NCBI RefSeq assembly: GCF_018977255.1
Contig: NW_024704743.1
Coordinates: 28,460,001 to 28,524,000, forward strand
Reading direction: 5' to 3'
Source: Callorhinchus milii
Taxonomy: Eukaryota
DNA length: 64,000 nt
The notes beneath the pieces were generated by a model. It searched no databases and was not told the DNA's origin. It worked only from the letters and a program-made list of their open reading frames with translations. Shown here piece by piece: positions 39,901-53,024 of this stretch (position 1 is its first letter; each line of letters begins with the position of its first letter). Both the position numbers and the translations under genes were made by a program.

Positions 39901-41792
39901 CATAATACAACTCATCTCATTCTGACTATCCTTTTAAGTTAGCTTAGAATTAATAGATCCCAAATCGGATCATCAAACAAGATTGTTCTCGTCCACTGAA
40001 AAATGGTTTCAGCTAAATATAAAAATATTATTAACAAGGAAGCAGTTTCAGGATTAACCTGAATAACACAAACAATCTTGTCCTTTAAACTCTGTGGCAG
40101 TTAAGGCAGTGAGGTTTTTATTACTATCGCGGTTGATTTAGCTCAGAGCTCTTATCTATTCTGTAAAACCCTTTGTTTGGTAGCAATGAATGTTTGGCAT
40201 TTGCTGATGAAACTTGGCCCGTGATTACTGAATTAGCTCAGTTTCTGCTGCAGAAAACAATAAAAGCTCTTTCTCATCAGAAATGAATACAACCCAAAGG
40301 CTTTGCTTTACATTGGAGGTCATTATTTACAAAGGGTTTGGGCAGTATCAAAAAGCTGGGTGGGGCAAAACTTTGCTCCTCACGCCTCTTTGTCTAGCAG
40401 TAAATAGGAATCTGGTTGTTCAGCGATTGGCAGATCGCTTTTCGGGGCAATAATCCCTCAAATAAAGAGATAGAGATCACTGAACCCACGTCTGTTTATG
40501 CGCAACTGGCTGTTATATTTCGCCCAGAAAATATACACTCATTTCACTTTGTAAGTATATTGTGTGAAGTGCTCGGAGACATCTCAACGACATGATAAGG
40601 TGCTATTTATTGTTTCTATTAGTATTATTATCAAAAGGCCAATCAAGCCAATGAACCTGGGAATCCAATATAAGCCAGATGACGTTTCTCTTATTTTGCT
40701 CTCTGGTCTGCTGTTTAACATTTTCACCAGCATCTAAAACTGCTCTGCACAAGAGCTTATTGTTGAGGTGATCAAGTGTGCAGTGGATGGGAGAGATCCA
40801 CATTGTGTGTGTTCGCTCCCTCATGGTAACAATCTTTCTTGTTTCTTAGATTCCTTTCTCAGCTTCACGGAGTCCTGTAGCTCAGTGGTTAGAGTACTCG
40901 CTTTGCAAGCGAGAGACCTGAGTTCAATTCCAGGCAGGGCGAAACCTTGGGCAAGTTTCCTTACTCCACATGCCTAATAATAATCCCTCCAAAAAACCAA
41001 AAACAACAATAAAAATTGGTCATTTTCAATCTACGACTGTTTGTGGGACATTGCTGTGCGCAATTGGCTGCCACGTTCGCCCACAAATATACAGTCAATT
41101 CACTTTACAGTGTGTTCTGTGAAGTGCTTTGGGACGTCCTCCCGACGTGAAAAGCGCTATACCAAATGCAAGATTATTATTATTATTCAGGGGAAATAGT
41201 CCCACCTTTTTATGTCTCTCCACAAGACTGCAAAGTACATCCTTTCAATCTTGTGAATCTCCTATTGCTTCTTTAAAATGGCGAGCCAAAAACTACATGG
41301 AATGCTCTCAACTATGAACTAACTTTCATCTGATGGTTCAGACAATAATGAACTGTTTTCAACCTCTTCTCCCCTTTTTTGTTTCAGCTTCAAAATGGCC
41401 TGACTTTTGATAAGCTGTTAGACTGGACCGATCCTGACAAGATGGAAAATGATGAGATCGTTGTAATGCTCCCCAAATTTAAGATGGAGAACACCTATGA
41501 CTTCACCTCAACACTTGGTGGTATGGGAATGGTTGATGCTTTTGATTCTTTGAAGGCAAATTTCTCGGGAATGACTGAGAAAAATGACCTGGTTTTGTCA
41601 AAAGTTGTTCACAAAACCTTTGTTGAAGTTAATGAAGAAGGTACTGAAGCAGCAGCTGCCACTGCAGCTATTATGATGTTACGATGTGCAATGATTAGAA
41701 TGGAGTTTGTGGCTGACCATCCATTCCTGTTTTTCATCAGGCACAACAAAACTCGCAACATCCTGTTCTTTGGGAGATTCTCCTCTCCTTAA
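30909..41792 (+). CDS. Intact clade-B serpin (leukocyte elastase inhibitor / SERPINB6-like), 378 aa; coding exons 30909-31076, 33848-33985, 35833-35950, 36921-37063, 39287-39451, 41388-41792
   Basis: Exons of 168/138/118/143/165/405 nt splice in frame without stops. [16 protein letters not shown]...[11 protein letters not shown]...LANRLFG...[11 protein letters not shown]...[20 protein letters not shown]...[11 protein letters not shown]. No signal peptide. RCL almost identical to human SERPINB6; B1 versus B6 orthology unresolved. Confidence 0.95.
31600..33090 (-). mobile_element. Old CR1 3' fragments in serpin intron (about 31600-31925 and 32310-33090)
   Basis: GGCCATTCGACCCATCG / CCCTTCAGCC terminal motifs; [15 protein letters not shown] on minus. 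Confidence 0.65.
34450..35560 (+). mobile_element. Internally deleted L2 LINE (endonuclease N-terminus joined to 3' end)
   Basis: LQNVCSL...[10 protein letters not shown]...GGVALI (APE endonuclease), then HWLP/WNSIP 3' region and tail GAAAGGCACCAAACAAATGTAA(TTG). Confidence 0.88.
37380..37875 (+). mobile_element. Tigger/pogo-like remnant, paralogue of 14226-15215 with a larger deletion
   Basis: Same TA|CAGTAGAAACCCGG start and position in the equivalent intron. Confidence 0.75.
40869..41187 (+). mobile_element. Full-length tRNA-derived SINE specific to copy B last intron
   Basis: TTCA on both sides; empty sites in paralogues at about 19455, 47915 and 53628. Confidence 0.93.
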
Positions 41793-42179
41793 ACACAATG
41801 CAAAAAGCCACTAATACAAGCATTAGTTAATAGCTTCACTCACTTGCTTCTTTGAAAAATCCTTTTTTTTTGGCACCATGCATATGCTGTCAGTGATTGC
41901 TACCAAACTGTTGTCAATGTCAGTAATCTGATCCTTAATATCACACAGTGGATATTTCATCTTGTCAGATTTCACTGTAAGGAGCACGAAACCCTGGGCA
42001 GGAGATGTGTAAACCAAAGATCTAAAATGTTTTGCTGTGCATTTTTTTTTACAGTGTCTTTGTACAACTTCAACCTTCGTCTAAAATAATAGTAACCTGC
42101 ATTTTATAAGAGTATTGCACGTCCTATCAGTGTTTTAACGTGTCATTTTACATACTATAAATCAATAGTTTGAAGTTGA

Positions 42180-42185
42180 AATAAA
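42180..42185 (+). terminator. Probable polyadenylation signal of serpin copy B
   Basis: AATAAA about 390 nt after the stop, followed by a GT/T-rich downstream element. Confidence 0.65.
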
Positions 42186-42699
42186 ATGATGTTGCTTTTA
42201 ACTTCACTGTTGCTCTGTTTTCTTTCCTAAGCTGTTTTTTAAATCAATAGCAACAAGGGGACTCTGCAGGACACTGATATTGTGCACTGAAGCACTGCCT
42301 TCAAAAAACATATGCTTAAGTTGCACTTGTTTTCCCAGTGGGAATCCTAACAAATATTTGGAGAAAGTGACAAAGGAATTTTATCTGTCTGTAAACAAAA
42401 CTCCCTGCCCTGATATATCCGGCCACTGTATGTGCTTGAGCCCAAATCTAACCCAGAAGAGAACATTGCTAAAGGAGTGGATGACATTTTACATTCCACA
42501 CCATTCAGCTCGTCATCTCGTGGCAATTTTGTGCTATGGAGCATGTTCCCACGAGAAATGACATTGAAACTGTTCAAATTATATATGACCCTTACAGCCA
42601 ATGGAGAAGACTCTAATGCTGTGAATTGAGCTGGATTTGAACTTGTGTCAAGCTGAGTCACCACTATTGCCATTTACTATCAAAACAAAGTGAATCAAG

Positions 42700-43200
42700 G
42701 TAGCATTATGATAGTCAAAATAAGACGGACCTTTAAAGCGGTTCTGGAAGCTTCCTGGGAGCAAGCTAGAACTGCAACAAAGGCAATTTCTGACCAAGTA
42801 CGGCATGAAGCTAGGAAAGTCATCAGAGAAATGAAGCGAGATCAGTGGGCTGCAGATACTCCAACTGCACAAGAACAATCCCAAATCTTTTATCAGCTGG
42901 CTGAAGTCTGTCATCGGCCACGGCTGGAGGGGCCCCTCTGGGCCTGTACCAATGTTGGACAAGTCTGGTGATCTACAACAGACTAATCAGGGTATCCTTG
43001 GGGTCTGGAGGGAACAATACATGGAGTTGACGTCTGACCCAACAGGCCATTGCAGAGACCCATCTGCAGGGAGGCTGGAGGAGCTGGCGGGAGGCATACC
43101 CAGATTGAAGGCCTTATTGACCCAATCCTCTGGGAGGAGCTGGCCTCTGCACTGCGGTTCCTTGACAATAAAATCACCCGCTAGGCCACCTGTTGGGTCA
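42700..43200 (+). mobile_element. Possible RTE-X-like LINE ORF2 fragment
   Basis: ARKVIREMKRDQW and ILGVWREQYMELTSDPTGHCRDP resemble the inter-domain linker of RTE-type LINEs; recognised from memory only. Confidence 0.35.
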
Positions 43201-46200
43201 CGCTAGTCTAGACAGTGACTGCTGCTGGGCTGTTTCAGGTTAATGTCTGTTTCAGTTTCAACATAACCATTTATATTGAGGGGAAATCAATGGGGAGAAA
43301 TTGGGAGAAGAAAATCTGATTGCTTCATATTTCTTTTTCTTATGATTCCCAGCGAAGAACACAACCCAGAAGTCAATTGGTGGGTTACCACTGAACCCTT
43401 GATAAGATCGCTTACCTCAGTGCAAGACAAGTGTCTTTATCTGCGTAGCTCAGATCACCCCTATACCATGTACGTACTCATCTGGCTGTGGCCCTTAGAG
43501 GTTTGCATGCTGGACAAAATCATTATCATTGAGAATTGGCATCAGTACATATAAAAATAACATTGGAGATCAGTGCCTCCTATTGAGACATTAGGTTTAA
43601 GAAATCTTTATGCAAATACATAAGTATTTATGAGCATTGTGTTTTACAATTTCAGCATAATTTTTTTTTGTAGTGCATGAAGTGTATGTCACTGTTTCTT
43701 ATAAGCTGTACGTCCACACAGTGGTCTGTGGTGTGCCATGCACTTAATCATTGTGGTAGACACGAGCAGACGAGTGCTACGGGAACCAGGAGGTGAAGAG
43801 GAGCGGACCGGGGGCAGCGTTTACAGGAGCTGATTCCAGGCCGGCGGATGAGAGAACAACCTTGTCCTGAGCCCGAAGACACGAAGGAGGTTGGAGTGGC
43901 CCGAGCGGAGACCTGCTGCTGAGCCAGCAGGCAACAACCGTCAAGGTGCTGATACCGCGGGTGAGCGGGCGAGGCAGTGACTGGCGTGGGGCTGAGGGTT
44001 CAGTGTTACAAATTGTTGCCTGGTGTCAGTAGACATCTATAATTGTTCTTTTAAGATCTACCAAATACCAACCGCAAAGACGAGGCTGATTTCAATTATT
44101 TCTCAAGTTTTGCAAGCTGCAAAATGTAACATAAATAAAGCAAATCTAGACCCAGGAAGAATTTCTGTGATCTCTAATGTAGCCCTACCAAAACCCAACT
44201 ACACTTTGTTTAAGTTGTGTATCTTCAAGTTTGGTGCTAAAGTTGGGTTTCCACACACACCATGAGCAACCATAATGGTGACTCATGTGGGCACACCTTC
44301 CACATGCAAATTGTCTCTTCTGTAACTTTTTACAAGCAATCAAGAACTATTGAAGGGTTGGCAGTAATGGGTTTTGCAATAGGTTTCACCAACAATTCAA
44401 TGGTTCACCAAAAATATACAGGAATCGAACCTGTGAAGCAGCAACCGTTAGCCAAAATAACAAGTTTATTCTCATGTTGAACATGTTTGCACACATCTGC
44501 TATAAATGGGCAACTGAGCTACAAATGAATAAATTTAGGCAGAATCCTGAAGACTTATGTAGTTTATGCAACACACTAACAAGTTAATGGTCAATGAAGG
44601 TGAGGTTAAAGTCTTTCATGTTTGTATAGCATTGCAACACTGGAAACGAGTGGATTGTGCAATAATTGTTTGACTTGCTAACAATGCTAATTATAGATCG
44701 TACGAGTTCAGTTGTGGAATATGAACTTTATAACAACAGTGAACCTGATAACCAGGAGCAGTAGAGACCGCAATTAATCATGCTGATTGTATCCAATGGT
44801 TGACTCCATCAAAAGATAGTGTTGTTACATTGTGTGGGAATTGAACTTCTTCACACCATTTGATTTCATACCATTGCTCTGCTCAAAGAGCCACCAATAT
44901 TTTGCCCACCTGAGCTCCTCAATCTCCCCAGGCTCTCACTCAGACTCACCGAACCTGTGCGCAACTTCGGTGTCAGGTTCGATCCCCAGCTTTCGTTTCT
45001 ACCCCATATCCGTTCCCTGCTCAGGATCACATTTTTCCACCTCCGTCACAATGCCCGCCTCCATCCATACCTCACAACCAACGCAACCGAAACTCTCACC
45101 CACGCCTTCGTCACTAGAAGCAGTAGCTCTACGGGTGCTGCTGTACTTGATCCTCTTCAAGGTCCTGGACAGGGTAGAGTATAATATGGACAGGATGGCC
45201 TTCATCAAGAGGGTTCGATGGAGGCTGCGGCAAACTGAAAGAAAGCTTGAGATGTGCCTATGTAAATCAAGAGAAAAGGAGGAATGATGTGATCTGTGTC
45301 TCGTACTAGGAGACGATGAAACTAAAAGAGATTGCCCTCCAGAAATACAACAGGAGATTCTGTGTCCCTATGCAATCAAGGCATTTGCAGGAGAGGATCA
45401 ATCTGGACATCAGAGTGGGAGGTGCAGCTAAAACTGCACCCGAAAGGTATCATTCACATACTCTCCCGCTTTAACATTGGGATGTTCAGGGGGACCCTGT
45501 GCACGCCTGAGGTGTAAGCAGAGAGTATCCCAAAAGTGCGAGGCTTATGTATAAATATACAAGTCTCTCCCCATAAAGGGGGGAGCAGTGGAGTGAGGCA
45601 TAATGACTGGCCATTCGGGTTATATATATATTGCTTATAACCTGAATACAAATAGCAGTTCACAATAATGCAGCAATTATTTACTCCAGAAATCCAGTAA
45701 TCGGTTAATAGAAATAAAGAACTTTCATTTAATAATTTTATTGCATTGAAATATTTCAGCTAATATCTTTCAATTGTAGAAAGCTGCAGTATTGAGGTAG
45801 GCAGGTACTTGTATGGTGTTAAATTGATTAAGAGATACACATTACAATGGTAAGGAAATTTAATAAGGGTACAGCTGCAAAGATATTATGGATGCAATGT
45901 TCAATTGTACAAGTTTGAAAATGTGGAGTGAAACAGTGTTCTCTGGTGACAATCAAGTAAACATTGGGTTGAACTGGTAAAGTTTCATGATATAGCTTTC
46001 ATGCACAAGAGGATTAAGAAATTTCAATAACGCCTCCAGGTTTGTAAAGCCCAGACCAGTATCCAAAGATTTTGAAACTATTATTGGGGTGTGAATGTTT
46101 TCCAGATTTGCTTGAATTTGTTGGTCAGGTCCCTTGCTCCTTCAACAACAATTCACATTTATATAGTGCCCTCCATGCAAGCTGACGTTTCAGAGGGCTT

Positions 46201-47309
46201 AAACAGCGGCAGAGCCTGACTCCAAGCCGGGTGGGGGGTGGGGATGGGACTTGAAAAGGGAGAGAGAGTGCGCAAGGTGTAGGGATTGAGGGAGAGTGTT
46301 CCAGAGTTTCGGGGTGTAGTAGCTGAATACGTGTCCGCCAATGGTGGAGCGGAGGGTCAACAGACTGGAATATTGGGACAAGCAGAAGGCCGGTGCCAGT
46401 CAACAATTCAAACAATTTTGTAGGTGAAATATGGCTTTGAGACCAATTTTATTAAGTGTGAATATTGTAAATATATGAAAAATCCAAGTTAATATTTTAT
46501 GGATAACATTGGCCTGGCTTCCTCCTCCTCCCCTGCACCCATGTCTCCTAACACCCCTCCCTTGCCTTCTACAGCACCTACTCCTTTGCCACAGCTCCTA
46601 CCATTGCCTCCGCCCTACTCTCCATTGTCAGTTACACTTCCATTCCTTGTCTGCTGAGCCAACTGATCTCAGCAACCCTGACTAAGGTGGGGACATAGGG
46701 ATCAATTCAATGTCAGAAACAATTCAAACCAGGAGTGCCCGGTATTCCTGTCTGTTGACAGACTAAGCCATCTGGCTCAATGGCAGGACTTAAGCGACTG
46801 GTCACTGGAAGCAGAAATACTTTCCACTCAGCAAATGTTAAGCCTGGATGCCAATGCCCTAATGCATAGAGATGGTCCTTAGTGGACAACACCAACAAAT
46901 TGCATTTATATTGCGCCTTTCACATCAGGAGGACATTGCTAGATGCTGGACAAGCAGCATGTCCAGTCACTTCGCACTGACACTCTTCCTCTGTCCTTCC
47001 GCCTCCCTTTTCTTTCCCCATCTACAGATTGTGCCTAAAGAAAATAGTAAATCAGACGCTCGGCTCGATTCATTTGTATTCCCAGCTATTTTAAATATGC
47101 CGGTTGATTTGGACAAAAATCCAGTTAATTTGGACAAAATGCCACACAGGTCACCGCTGCATCAACTCACTCTGTGTCTCGAGAGGCTCCACTCCGTGCA
47201 CGATCGGCTCCGGGATGGAGATGGAGGAGTCAAAATATGATAGACTGACAACAGACTCCAGCCATTCCCCAGCGACTGTGGACCGTCTTGGCATCTGTTT
47301 GCATCGTGT

Positions 47310-47713
47310 TTAAGGAGAGGAAAAACTCCCAAAGAACAGGATGTTGTGAGTTTTGTTGTGCCTGATGAAAAGCAGGAATGGATAGTCAGCCACAAACTCC
47401 ACTGTAATCATTGCACATCGTAACATCAGAATAGCTGCTGTGACAGCTGCTCCTTCTGTATCTTCTTCGTGAACTTCAACAAAGGTTTTGTGAACAACTT
47501 TTAACAAAATCAGGTCATTTTTCTCAGTCATTCCCGAGAAATTTGCCTTCAAAGCATCAAAAGCGTCAACCATTCCCATAACACCAAGTGTTGAGGTGAA
47601 GTCATAGGTGTTCTCCATCTTAAATTGGGGAGCATTACAACAACCTCATCATTATCCATCTTGTCTGGGTCATTGCAATCTAATAGCTTATCAAAAGTCA
47701 GGCCATTTTGAAG
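47310..47713 (-). pseudogene. Orphan serpin last exon (copy C)
   Basis: 404 nt versus 405 (1-nt deletion at CCCCAATTTAAG). Hinge altered to [11 protein letters not shown]. Intron homology extends only to about 47970. Confidence 0.92.
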
Positions 47714-50449
47714 CTTAAAAAAAAGCAGGAAAGGGAGTAAAAACAGCTTATTATTTGCTGAAACATCAGATAAAAGTTAGGTCACGATTCTGAGCATTCC
47801 ATGCAGTTTTTGGCACTACCTTTTAAAGAAGCAATAGAGGAGATTCAAAAAATTAAAGGGATATATTTTGTAGTTATGCGAAGGAACTTTAAAAGGTGTG
47901 ACTGTTTCCCCTAAAGCTGAGAAAGGAATCTAATGTTCTCTCATGATTAGAAGTTGAAGCAAAGAACATCAGCTAATTGGTCAAAGTGGACCTGTTTACC
48001 AGAACGATGGGAGACAAAATCAACAATGAGCCCTTAAAACATACACTAACTGCCCTTTATAATGAAGCACTTGAAGACTTCCTTCTGACTTGAAAGGTTC
48101 TCTATCAAAAGTAAGGATTAATTATTATTCTTATTTGGGTTATCACAGCAAAGTCACCATGGTCAGTTCCCCATCCCAGTATAAACTAGACACAAACTGC
48201 AGTGTAACATTCATTGAAACAAAACTAAAATATTTATCTTCCTTTTACTAACTCACTTGCAAGAATCTGAGGTCATTAACCTAGTCACTGATCTCCACTT
48301 AGGTCTCTGCTGAGAAAGAGTCAGAGCTTCCAATGGTGAAAGGGAAACATTGACAATCCTGGTCTATGACACTAGATGGAGCATATACTGTAAACTGAAT
48401 TGTCTGTATATTTTGTGGGAGAATGCCATGGAAATGTGAAGTTTAGTCGGATTAAATTATACAGGAGAACCCCATTATAACAACAACAAATCACATTTGT
48501 ATAGTGCCTTTCACATCAGGAGGACATCCCAAGGTGCCAAGTTGCACCTTGGAGGGACTTGGAACAAACAAGTGTATCAGCTCACAACTCTGCTCAAATC
48601 ATAAGTGACAGCATTTTATTTATTATGACTCTGACTTCACTTAAGGCCTTGGGGTGTCGTCATGATATATGCTTGTGTCCGTTAAATATTTTAAAGTTGT
48701 TTTGAGAAATGTGTATTTTAAATTTGTCAATATAAACAGGATACTGGTTTTGTTCTCCCAACTCGAGAAGCCCCGAATCTAATCATTGGGTATAAAATAC
48801 GAAACATGTGACATTTGGCACATTTTATAAGTAAACTATTATAACTTGCTGCTTTGGGTCCATAAGCTCAAACATCACATTCTGATGGGGAGCAGTCAAA
48901 TTGGCCATCACATCGTGGGCACTGTATCGGCCACTAACTTGCAGATCCAATGCACGACTGCTTAATACACAAAAATTGGCTTAGCCTGATATTCTTTACT
49001 TAACTTTACAAATGGTCTTCTTATTAGGTGAGAGCTTGTGCCAGGAAGAAATAAGTAAATATTGAAATAGTATTGGCCAGGCATATTGATAATGTATTAA
49101 TATAATGCTGAGATACAGCTTGTATTTTATCAAGGTCGTATCAAAATAAAACATCACAGAATAGATGCTGTCAAGTTTCCGAATTGTTTTTTATAAGTAA
49201 ACTATGGCAAACGTTTGCAACAGCAAAGTCCCACAAACAGATGTGAGATGAATGAACAATTTATCTGAAGGACATTTGACAATGACAAACAGCTTCTCTT
49301 TTTGAATGGTATCATGAAATCTTCTGCATCCATCTGAAGAACAGACAGATGGGACTCAGCTTAGTACTTCATCCAGAAGTCAGCACCTCCATCAATGCAG
49401 CACTTCGCAGCGCAGGTGTTTCAGCCTAGACATCGAGCACAATTCTTGATGTGGGGCTTTATCTGCAACCTTGTGATCTAATTTTTTTCTAATTCATCTG
49501 GTAGCAACCAGATGGAATTTCCTGCCTCTGATGGCTCCATTGCTACTTTTCATCAATCTGCAATTATATTTTAATCATAGCCCCTTGAATTTTCCAAGAA
49601 GATATCAAGTGAATACACTTTACAAGAAATCCTGTGAAGTGTTGTGTGTCGTGCTGCCAAAATTGAAAGGCGCTATATCAAATGCAAAAAAAATCACACG
49701 ATAAATTAGCTGTATTCCAGAAATGACGATTTCTACTTCTGTATTTCTGTTGTGTTGCTCTTAACAGAACAATTGTAACAAACTAGTCGATTTGTCTACG
49801 ATACACCAGCATGCTTCCCTTGTAGCACTTAGCATTCTTGGCATTCAAAGAATCAAATAGGATTGAATTTAACAATATAGCGGAGTCCCATTATAACACA
49901 TTGTCCAGAGCCATAAAATACCAACTTACACTATGATGAGGTGTGTTATCTGCTTGTTATTATAAGTGACTTCATGTTTATTAGCTGCTAGTGCCATCAG
50001 AACCATGTTGTGAGACCATTCTATCGTCATCCACCGCCTCTCCTCTCACATCCACCTTCACAGCTCTCTCCTTGACTGGTTCAGATCATACCTCTCACCC
50101 CGCCTCCACTTCAACTCCACAAATGGTTCCTCCTCTAGTCCCTGCACCGTCTCGTGCTTCCTGTAAATAAAGGCAACGGAACCCAGAAACAAGGAAGCCC
50201 CGGTCCCTCCACTTGAGGAAAGTGTGAAGAAATAGGTCCGCCACAAGGAGACAGTGTTGTTGCACATTGTAATGGGATTGAAACAGTTGCAGTTTTCCTT
50301 TTTTGTTGTTACGGATGTGGTTTTCATGACGCAAATGGAATATATTTTTTATATGAAAATAAATATATTTGTTTAAAAATAAACAAGAGGAAGGGGTTGC
50401 TGCGGATTGTAACAGGACTGAATCAGTTTTGCGTCTTGTTTTAACGTCG

Positions 50450-50745
50450 TGGGCGAAACATTGGGCAAGTATACTTACTCCAGACGCCTCTGTTTGCATA
50501 GCAGTAATCAGGAACCGATTATTAATCGATTGGCGGATCATATTTCCGGGATAATAATGCCTTCAAAAAAATAATAATAATTTGGTCACTCAATCCACAA
50601 CAGTTTGTGGGACACTGCTGTGTGCAATTGGCTGCTGTGATTCGCCCACAAAATACACAATTAATTCAGTTTACAGCGTATTTTTGTGAATCACTTTGAG
50701 ACGTCTCAAAGACTTGATAAAGCACTATTCAAATTCACAAATTAT
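50450..50745 (+). mobile_element. SINE lacking the tRNA head (inverted paralogue of 8725-9010)
   Basis: GGGCGAAACATTGGGCAAGT...body...GCACTATTCAAAT. Confidence 0.75.
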
Positions 50746-51849
50746 ATTATATATATTTTTACTAATAATTATTTTTATATATTTTTAAATGAAAACTACT
50801 TAGCACAACAGTGTTGTGGATTGAGAAATGTTACAAGGGACATTAGAGATGGAAAATAAATGCTAGGCTTGACCACTAGTGAAAAATCACTTCAGTTCCC
50901 TTTCAATAACTTCAATAACTCCTCCAAGTTTGTAAAGCTCAGGCCAGTATCCAAAGTCTCTGAAACTAATATTGGGGTGTGAATTTTTTCCAGATTTGCT
51001 TGAATTTGTTGGACCTGTTCCTTGTTCCGTTAACAACAGTAACTCACACTTATATAGCGCCTTCTAAGCTGGGCAGAGTCTCAGAGAGCCTAACAGTGGC
51101 AGAGCCAGACTCGAAACCGAGCGGGGGTGGGGAAGGCATCCGTAAACATTGTCGACAAAGAAGGTTTCCAGGTGAGACTTGAAGAGAGGGGGAGTGTGGG
51201 CAAGGCGGAGGGATTGAGGGAGTGTTCCAGAGTTTCGGGGTGCAGCAGCTGAATGCGTGACCTCCAATGGGAGCGGAGGTTGCGAGGGACAAGCAGGAGG
51301 CCGGTGCCAGTCAACAGTTAAAACAATTTTGTAGGTAAAATATGGCTTTGAGACCAATTTTATTAAATGTGGATGTTGTGAATGTATGAAATATCTCAGC
51401 TAATATTTTACAGATAACATCGGCCTGGCTTCCTCCTCCTCCCCGCACCCATGTTTCCAAGCACCCTTCCTTTGCCTTCTACAGCACCGACTCCTTCTGT
51501 CACAGCTCCTACCACTGCCCCCACCCTACCCTTCTTTGTCCCTGTCTCTTTTTCCTCTGTCTCAACCATCAATACCGATACCTGTTGTCTCAACACCCCC
51601 CACTCTGCCCCCTGCCGGTTGACACAGTCAACCAGTCCCACACATCAGCAAAATCACTGTCATCACTCCCCTCCTCAAAAAAAACTCTCTATCCCTCAAA
51701 CCTTGTTAACTGCTGTGCACAATTAGCTTTACAGCATATGCTGTGAAGCGCTTTGAGATGTCTAGAAGACATGAAAAGTCACTATATCAAATGCAAGGAT
51801 TATTATTATATTATTTTATTATAATTATCATTATTACATTATTATTGTT

Positions 51850-53010
51850 AACTTCTGGATCATTTCCAACTTGCCTTTCGTTGCTAAAGTTTAGGAAAAC
51901 ATTTTTGCAAATCAACTTTGCTCAAGCCTTTCCCTCCATGCCCTTCTCGAGCCCCTCTTTCTGGATTCCACCTGCCCACAGCACAGACACATCGCTCGTC
52001 AAAGACGCTGATGACGTCCTCTCTCTGTGACTCGGACTCCATCTGCACTTTTGTCCTCCTGGCCCTATCTACTGCATTCGACACAGTGAAGGACGCTATC
52101 CTACTCCACTGCATCTGCCCTCTCATCTACCTCAGTGGGATCAAACTCGCCTGGTTCGAGTCCTGCCACCATCACTTCACCTCCAGAAATGTTTTTCCTC
52201 GCACCACTGTACAGTTACCTGCCGTGGACCCCAAGGCTCCACCCTTGGCCCCCTCCATTTCCTCATTTAAATTCTCCCTCTCTTTGATATCATCCGCAAA
52301 CGTGAGATAAACTACATAACATTGGTGTCAGGTTCAACCGCAGCTTTCCTTTCTCCCCCACATCCAGTAACTAACCAAGACACCTTCCTCCACCTCCGTC
52401 ACATTGCCTGCCACCGACCTCACCCACACGGCCGTCCAAACCCTCGCACAACCCTTCGTAACCTGCAACCTCGACTATTCCAATGCCCTCCTCACTGGTC
52501 TCCCCAGCTCCACTACCCACAAACTATAACTGATTCAGAAATCCGCCGCCTGTATTCCCACCCTCACTAAACTCAGTAGCTCCACCATCACACCAGTCCT
52601 CTCCAGGCTAACTGGCTCCCTATCATATAATGCATTGATTTCTAGATCCTCTCACTCGTCTACAGATCCCTTCATACCCTGGCACCCGCTAGCTTTCTGT
52701 CATGCTTTGTCCTCCTGGACCTACCTGCTGCACACAGTCGCTCACATTATCATTCTCTTCTCCCTCTCTTCCCTCATCCATCTGTCAGGATGTCTCACAT
52801 TCACAGTCGCAGATCACACCATCCATGGACACAGAATGTCTGTCAGACATCAAGTCCTGGATGAGAGGTAACATTCTTCAGTTGAACATCAACAACACTG
52901 AGGCTCTCCTGATTTTCTACCGTCAGAGCATCCACACCTCAGTCACTGACAGCATCACCATCTAAGGATGCACATTGCACCTTATTAAGCCAGTCCAGAA
53001 CCTTGGCGTG
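51850..53010 (+). mobile_element. Decayed L2 LINE fragments
   Basis: [40 protein letters not shown]. Confidence 0.8.
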
Positions 53011-53024
53011 CTTTTGCATTGTGT

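Noticed and set aside
40869..40940. tRNA-Ala gene (and similar heads at about 1380-1452, 24060-24129, 63206-63275)
   Set aside because: The acceptor stem is not closed and each head continues into a common SINE body and tail.
43760..44010. GC-rich patch ending TGTTACA as an LTR or promoter
   Set aside because: No second terminus, PBS or promoter motif cluster to support it.
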